From the NCBI GenBank assembly GCA_036339465.1, contig JAYZAY010000072.1:1-38737 (forward strand): DNA of 38,737 bases, written 5' to 3'. Below, piece by piece: positions 33,476-38,737 of the stretch (within the stretch, counting starts at the first letter, position 1; each line of letters starts with the position of its first letter). A program made the translations under genes and the position numbers. The stretch comes from Myxococcota bacterium. Its GTDB lineage: Bacteria; Myxococcota; XYA12-FULL-58-9; JABJBS01. The notes beneath the pieces were generated by a model. That model worked only from the letters and a program-made list of their open reading frames with translations, made no database searches and was not told the DNA's origin.

Positions 33476-34596
33476 TGGAACTGGGATTATGTGAAGAGGA
33501 AGTGATACTCGCGACTTCGGTGCGAGGTTTTATCGAGGCAGAATGCCCAGTATCCCGCCTCCGGGCGCTGAGGGGACTAGAACATCCACTGAATTATAGT
33601 GAGGAGATCTGGGGGGAAATGATTGAGCTTGGGTGGCTTTCCTTGGTTGAGTCCAGTGAAGACCGATGCGCCGCGCTGGCCAACATTGCCATTGTGGCTG
33701 AAGCGATGGGGCATAGCTTGTGTGTAGAGCCTTTTGTGTCTACGGCGGTTGGGGGAGTATGGGCGTTGGCGGAGCTTTCCCACGAAGAGAATCCACTGTT
33801 TGCGCGGATCAGTGAGGGAAATGCCGTCGTTGCCCATGGGTTTGGTTTAGCTAAATGGGATTCAGTTGAAAATCCTGCCGCAGCGGTATGGGTGGATTTA
33901 GTGGAAGGAAAGGAATGCCTAAATGGGGAATTGCGTTTTGTCGAGTTTGGAGCGGTGGCAGATTACGTCCTTCTACCTTTGAGTTTCAGTCATTCGGACG
34001 GATTGGGAATCGGTTTGATCAGTTTAGATGAAGCGCGTGTGGAGAGAATTCGCTTGGATCGGGTGGATGGTCGAAATGCTGCGCATTTGCGGTTTTCTCA
34101 AAGACCGCTCGGAGCTGAGGACGTGTTGATTCGGGGTTCAGAGGCGGTCGGAAAAACGCGGAAAATCTTCGATGCCTTATGTGTGGCTGCCGCAAGTGAA
34201 ATGCTGGGAGCGGCACAGGGCGCTTTTGACCGGACTCTGGACTACCTAAAGACCCGTGAGCAATTTGGTGGGCCGATTGGGGCGCTCCAAGCCTTGCAAC
34301 ATCGGGCTGCTCGGATGTTTGTTGAAATCCAGTTGGCCCGTTCTGCTGTACGAGCGGCTTCTCTTTCTTTTAATGGTGGGGACAGAGATCGTTCGTGTGC
34401 TTGTTCCATGGCCAAAGTGCTTGCGGGTGAAACGTTGTGGCTCGTGGCTAAGGAATCGGTGCAAATGCACGGCGGGGTTGGGATGACCGATGAATGCGAC
34501 ATCGGGTTTTATTTGAAGCGTGCCACGGTGATGCGTCACAGTTTGGGTGACGAGACCTTTCATCGGTCTAGATGGTCGGCCTTACGTCAGTATTAG
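33475..34596 (+). CDS. Acyl-CoA dehydrogenase, partner subunit
   Basis: TAATG stop/start overlap; YLKTREQFGGPIGALQALQHR, QMHGGVGMTDE. Confidence 0.88.
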   Translation: MELGLCEEEVILATSVRGFIEAECPVSRLRALRGLEHPLNYSEEIWGEMIELGWLSLVESSEDRCAALANIAIVAEAMGHSLCVEPFVSTAVGGVWALAELSHEENPLFARISEGNAVVAHGFGLAKWDSVENPAAAVWVDLVEGKECLNGELRFVEFGAVADYVLLPLSFSHSDGLGIGLISLDEARVERIRLDRVDGRNAAHLRFSQRPLGAEDVLIRGSEAVGKTRKIFDALCVAAASEMLGAAQGAFDRTLDYLKTREQFGGPIGALQALQHRAARMFVEIQLARSAVRAASLSFNGGDRDRSCACSMAKVLAGETLWLVAKESVQMHGGVGMTDECDIGFYLKRATVMRHSLGDETFHRSRWSALRQY

Positions 34597-34746
34597 AGGG
34601 GGTGCGTCACGGGGCCTTGGGGATTGGTGGGACCCATCTTAGTGGTTTTTCCGTTACTTTCCTTTTAAAACTGTTTCAAACCAAATCATTAGGTTGGCAT
34701 GGTGAATTTTTTTCCGAGCCGTGGGGCTCAGCACACGTGGAGGTGA

Positions 34747-35427
34747 ATGGTGGAACCAGATTATTGGTTGTCCCGCTGGGAGGAAAGGGACATCGGCTTT
34801 CATCAAGATTGTCCTAATCCACTCCTAACCACCCTTTTTAGCCGATTAGAGCCGAAAAAAGGGGCGGGTGTTTTGGTGCCCCTCTGCGGTAAATCATTGG
34901 ACCTGTGGTGGTTACGGGAGCAAGGTCTGAAGGTTTGTGGGATCGAGGTCTCGGATATTGCGGTACGAGAGTTTTTTTCCGACGGTGCTGTGGCCCCTGT
35001 GGTTCAGAAACTCGGTGGTGGTGGCGAACGCTGTCGCATTTCGAATTTGACTCTTTTCCGCACAGACTTTTTTTCTTTGAGGGCATCGGAGCTCAACGAG
35101 CATTCCCCTATGGAGTGGCTTTATGACCGGGCTTCCCTGATCGCTCTACCGCCGGAGAAGCGGAAGAAATACCTTCAAAAGCTCCTCGAATTGGCCCCGA
35201 ATCTTTGTGGCGGACTGATGCTAACGGTTCAATACCCGTCGGGAGAAATGCATGGCCCGCCATTTTCAGTGGGACAAGAGGAAATCGAAGCTGGGCTGGG
35301 GAGGGACTTCCAAGTTGAGTGTGTTCACCGAGAAGACGTACTGCATCGTCGGGAAAAATACCGTGACTCAGGTTTAAGTCGGATGGTCGAGTGTGCGTAT
35401 TTAGTTGCCCGCAAGGGAATCGGGTGA
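34747..35427 (+). CDS. tpm: Thiopurine S-methyltransferase
   Basis: YWLSRW...IGFHQ, VLVPLCGKSLD, YDRASLIALP, GPPFSV. Confidence 0.9.
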   Translation: MVEPDYWLSRWEERDIGFHQDCPNPLLTTLFSRLEPKKGAGVLVPLCGKSLDLWWLREQGLKVCGIEVSDIAVREFFSDGAVAPVVQKLGGGGERCRISNLTLFRTDFFSLRASELNEHSPMEWLYDRASLIALPPEKRKKYLQKLLELAPNLCGGLMLTVQYPSGEMHGPPFSVGQEEIEAGLGRDFQVECVHREDVLHRREKYRDSGLSRMVECAYLVARKGIG

Positions 35428-36191
35428 CGTGATCGGTAACGAAAGCGATTCCATGAGGCATCTTGGCATTGAATAGACCACCGTTTTTTAGGCACGTTTT
35501 GGTCGACAATTGACGGTGTTTGAGAATGATTTTGACATTAACATTGGTCTTTTAACCAAGGTCTGTGCCCTCTCTTTTGTTGTCTTTTTGAGGGAGAATG
35601 TCTTTGGGTATACGACGTGTGGGTGGTTTGAGGTAGAAAGGCTCTATTCGGACAGTCGATTTGGAAAGGGAACTATCTTGATCTTGCCTAAGAAACCCAA
35701 GGGCTCACCCGTAACGATCTCAATAGGAGAGCCCCTTGGATTTGAGGGGATTTGTGAAGTGTGATGGACTTCCGTCGGTCGTTGAGGCTCTGTAATGGGG
35801 ATTTGGAAGGTGTAGCATGGGTGCGGTTGTTGGGGGCGTTCAAGCGGCTCTGGGACTGTGGCCTGTGTTGCCACCTCCTACCTTGTCGTACCGGGTGGCG
35901 ACAGAAAAGCATCTACCCAGTTGAACTTACATGAACAATTCGAGTAACCTTTAGGGTGGACCGTGACTTGGGGATAGGGTTGGAGAGAAACCATGAAGGA
36001 GGGCAGCCACGCGTGGTCGATAACTCTGAAGGTTTTCGTAGGCCCGTATCGACAATGGATTGGCAGTGAAAAACGACACCTGCACGGTTGCGGATGAGGG
36101 TGTATGTGAAGACTGTATTTTGGTGGAGATAGGGTAGCAGAGAGAATCGTATTTAAGTCGTATGCTGGTCATTGGTTCGAGGAGAAAAATA

Positions 36192-36578
36192 ATGGGTGGA
36201 AAACGAATTTTGGTGGTCGATGACTCGCCTCAAATAAGAGACGGATTGGAAGAGCTGCTTTCAGGAGCTGGCTTTGAGGTTGTTCCGGCCAGTGATGGTG
36301 TGGAAGGTCTCGATGCGGCGAAGGTTAATTCCTTCGACCTTATTATAGCCGACGTGAATATGCCCAGACTCAACGGTTTGGACATGCTGGAGGAGATTAG
36401 TAAGGTAGAGATGAATGCCGACACGCCTACGTTTGTTTTGACGACCGAGTCCCTTAAAAAGTTTTCCCTCCGATTTCGAGCGCTGGGAGCCTCGACGTGG
36501 ATCGTGAAGCCCTACGACCCAAACCTGTTGTTACATTCCATTGATTTGATTTTTGCAAGGTATGCCGACCGCCATTAG
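36192..36578 (+). CDS. Single-domain response regulator (CheY-like)
   Basis: ILVVDDS, DVNMPRLNG (phospho-Asp), LTTES, WIVKP; GAGGAG SD before ATG 36192. Confidence 0.9.
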   Translation: MGGKRILVVDDSPQIRDGLEELLSGAGFEVVPASDGVEGLDAAKVNSFDLIIADVNMPRLNGLDMLEEISKVEMNADTPTFVLTTESLKKFSLRFRALGASTWIVKPYDPNLLLHSIDLIFARYADRH

Positions 36579-36617
36579 TCCGCTCTTTATTTTGAGGACT
36601 AGCGGAAGGAGTTTGTT

Positions 36618-38737
36618 TTGGCGCAAGTTGAGCGAAGTCTGAGAGCGAAACTTATACTGGGTACGATACTGACCCTACTCTCGGTGGTGATCGCGATTCT
36701 TGTTGTCGTGTTTTTTGTGCAAAAAGGTGGCAACGACCGCAACCTCAAGAACACGGAAAAAACCATTGCGGCGCAATTAGAAACCAAGGGAATGAATTTA
36801 ACTGCCAACCAAGCCATGGCCTTGAAGGGTTTTGCGGTAGATTTGGCAATGGGCGATGTCTTGCGGCTCGTGAAGAGAACCGTGCATGAGGACCCGGAAA
36901 TTGTTTATGGTGTTTTTATCGGTGACGAACTGATCCCGTGGGCCATGGTGACGCCAGATAATGCAGCCGGCATCGTTGACGAGGATTTTGATTGGAAGAC
37001 CAAGTTTAAATTGACCGATGAGGTGGTCAAATCGAAGGAACGGTTCAGGGCCTTGAGCCTCTATGGCGGGGAGATTTATGAGTATGCCCAGGGTCTTGAG
37101 ATCGATCATGAGTTTTCGGGCAGTATCCGGTATGGGATTTCAACCTCGAACATGCGCAGCGCCCTGCAAGAGGCTCGGGAAGAAGCCGAGGAGGTCTTGG
37201 TTCAAGGTCTGATTGCGATTGTGGTGGTAGGGCTCTTCGTTGTGGCGTTGGGCAGTCTCATTACCCGAGTTCAGGCAACAAGAATCACCGAGCCACTGGG
37301 GGATCTTACCGCGGCGGCCAATAAATTGAGAGAAGGGGACCGGAGTGTCGGGGTGAAGATTACGAGTGGGGACGAATTGGAGGTGTTGGCGAATGCCTTT
37401 AACGATATGGCACTCGAACTTAAAGCATCCTATGAGACCTTGGAACAAAAGGTTACTGACAGAACCCATGACCTGAGACAGAAAACAGATGACATCAACA
37501 ACATGCTTCAAAATATGCACCAAGGTATTTTTACCATTATGCACGGGCAGAGGATTCACCATGAATATTCGAAATATCTTGAGCAATTATTAGACACGAC
37601 CGACATTGCCGGTCGCGAGGTTATGGATGTCGTTTTTGTCGAAGGTGATTTAGGACCAGATGTCTTTGACCGAATTCAAGTAATAATTGATAATACCCTT
37701 GGGGAAGACGAAATGAACTTCCTCATCAATGAACACCTTTTTCTCACGGAGTTTGGGTTTGTTAGAAACGGAAAGAAGAAGATTCTTCAGGTGGATTGGA
37801 ATCCCATTGTGAGCGCGGGATTTACCGAAAAAATCATGGTGACCTTGCGTGATGTTACCGAGCTTCGCGAACTCGAAGAAGAAATGGGTGAGCAGAAGCG
37901 ACGTTTGGAGATTTTGGGGCAAATTCTTGCGGTCGAACCCGACGTTTTTCAGCGATTCTTGGGCACTCTAGATAAAATCATCGAACGAAACCGGGAAATT
38001 GTTAAGGTTAGCGGGACCTTTTCTAGTGAGCAGGTCAATGAAATGTTTCGGAATATTCATACCGTCAAGGGCAATGCCAGAACCTATCAATTCACTTACA
38101 TTAATGATGTGGTCCATGTGGTTGAGAATACTTATAGGGATCTCCGGGCAGGGAAGGGAATTGGTGGTCAACTCATTACTAAAGCACGATTGCTCAACGA
38201 ACTTGATGAAGTAGAAGCTTCATTAAATGAATACCGGACCATTTTCGAGACGGACCTTAAGCCAATCCACACCGGTTTGGGTTCTGACGTTGGGCTGTCT
38301 CAAAGCTTTGCCGACCAATTGCTGGCATTTGCCGACTCATCTGAGCAAGCTGGAATTTCGGGCGAGGATTTTGGCCGCCGCCTTAAGATGTATATTAAGC
38401 AAGCGTGTGCCCGGAGTCTTCGAACTGTGTTGGAGAGCCTTGTCCCTGGTGCAAAGAAAATTGCCGAAGAACTCAATAAACCAGCGCCGCGAATGGTCCT
38501 GAATACATCGGACTTGAAGGTTCCCGGAGATAAGGTTGATTTGGTCCGGGATGTTTTCATGCATATTTTTCGAAATGCCGTCGATCACGGCTTAGAAAAA
38601 CCATCTGAGCGATTGGAAAAAGGAAAGGCCCCACGGGGGCTAATTATGCTCAACGCAGAGGCGGAGACAGAGCAGATTGTCATTAGTATTCAGGACGATG
38701 GGCGAGGAATCGATCTGGGTAAGCTTTCAGAAAAAGC
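36618..38737 (+). CDS. Membrane-anchored CheA-like histidine kinase (TM-periplasmic sensor-TM-HAMP-PAS-like-Hpt-HATPase), 3'-truncated
   Basis: Translated by hand: TTG 36618 follows AAGGAG and the frame stays open to the window end. Contains TM1 LILGTILTLLSVVIAILVVVFF, HAMP ITEPL...DELEVLANAFNDM, Hpt FRNIHTVKGNA, N-box HIFRNAVDHG and G1 DDGRG. Absent from the ORF track because it has no stop in the window. Confidence 0.88.
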   Translation, partial: MAQVERSLRAKLILGTILTLLSVVIAILVVVFFVQKGGNDRNLKNTEKTIAAQLETKGMNLTANQAMALKGFAVDLAMGDVLRLVKRTVHEDPEIVYGVFIGDELIPWAMVTPDNAAGIVDEDFDWKTKFKLTDEVVKSKERFRALSLYGGEIYEYAQGLEIDHEFSGSIRYGISTSNMRSALQEAREEAEEVLVQGLIAIVVVGLFVVALGSLITRVQATRITEPLGDLTAAANKLREGDRSVGVKITSGDELEVLANAFNDMALELKASYETLEQKVTDRTHDLRQKTDDINNMLQNMHQGIFTIMHGQRIHHEYSKYLEQLLDTTDIAGREVMDVVFVEGDLGPDVFDRIQVIIDNTLGEDEMNFLINEHLFLTEFGFVRNGKKKILQVDWNPIVSAGFTEKIMVTLRDVTELRELEEEMGEQKRRLEILGQILAVEPDVFQRFLGTLDKIIERNREIVKVSGTFSSEQVNEMFRNIHTVKGNARTYQFTYINDVVHVVENTYRDLRAGKGIGGQLITKARLLNELDEVEASLNEYRTIFETDLKPIHTGLGSDVGLSQSFADQLLAFADSSEQAGISGEDFGRRLKMYIKQACARSLRTVLESLVPGAKKIAEELNKPAPRMVLNTSDLKVPGDKVDLVRDVFMHIFRNAVDHGLEKPSERLEKGKAPRGLIMLNAEAETEQIVISIQDDGRGIDLGKLSEK

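Noticed and set aside
34665..34678. Possible eighth operator TTAAAACTGTTTCA upstream of tpm
   Set aside because: AAA replaces the invariant AAC in the 14-bp register and the region is AT-rich; at best a weak site.
35510..35764. 84-aa ORF in the long intergenic gap
   Set aside because: TTG start, no SD, no recognisable motif.
35993..36097. 34-aa ORF (MKEGSHAW...) with GGAGAG upstream
   Set aside because: Too short, with no recognisable features; needs conservation or ribosome profiling data.
36599..38588. Several short minus-strand and off-frame ORFs in the track
   Set aside because: Shadows of the long plus-strand kinase frame starting at 36618.
1..38737. Mobile elements, tRNA/rRNA, defence systems
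   Set aside because: No transposase, integrase, att-like repeats, structural RNA signatures or defence-gene motifs were recognised.

Overview
Bacterial window of roughly 50% GC devoted almost entirely to lipid and steroid metabolism. The host is probably a diderm: it carries a beta-barrel-type outer-membrane protein and a membrane CheA-like kinase, and the gene content suggests a Myxococcota/Deltaproteobacteria-like lineage (inference). (1) 1-5103: ether-lipid operon with alkyl-DHAP synthase, a fatty acyl-CoA reductase/DHAP-acyltransferase fusion and an extended SDR. (2) 5106-8405: HSD10-like SDR and two esterases. (3) ~8477-34596: sterol catabolism/handling cluster resembling the actinobacterial cholesterol locus. 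It holds an ALDH, a split Rv3521-like DUF35 pair, ltp4, ltp3, fadD19, fadE26/27-like genes, a KstR-like TetR, a Rieske oxygenase, echA19, ksi, kstD, an MMPL transporter, an outer-membrane barrel, SCP2, DUF2505 and a second acyl-CoA dehydrogenase pair. Seven intergenic 14-bp palindromes match the mycobacterial KstR operator TnnAACnnGTTnnA, each just upstream of a transcription unit. This defines an apparent KstR regulon outside Actinobacteria, which may include a TMEM254/DUF4499-like gene and a candidate sterol uptake module. (4) 34747-end: thiopurine methyltransferase, a CheY-like receiver and a 3'-truncated TM-HAMP-PAS-Hpt-HATPase kinase missing from the ORF track. A 5 x 12-bp tandem repeat follows the MMPL gene. 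No rRNA, tRNA, CRISPR array or mobile element was seen. All homology calls come from motif recognition and recalled reference sequences, not database searches.
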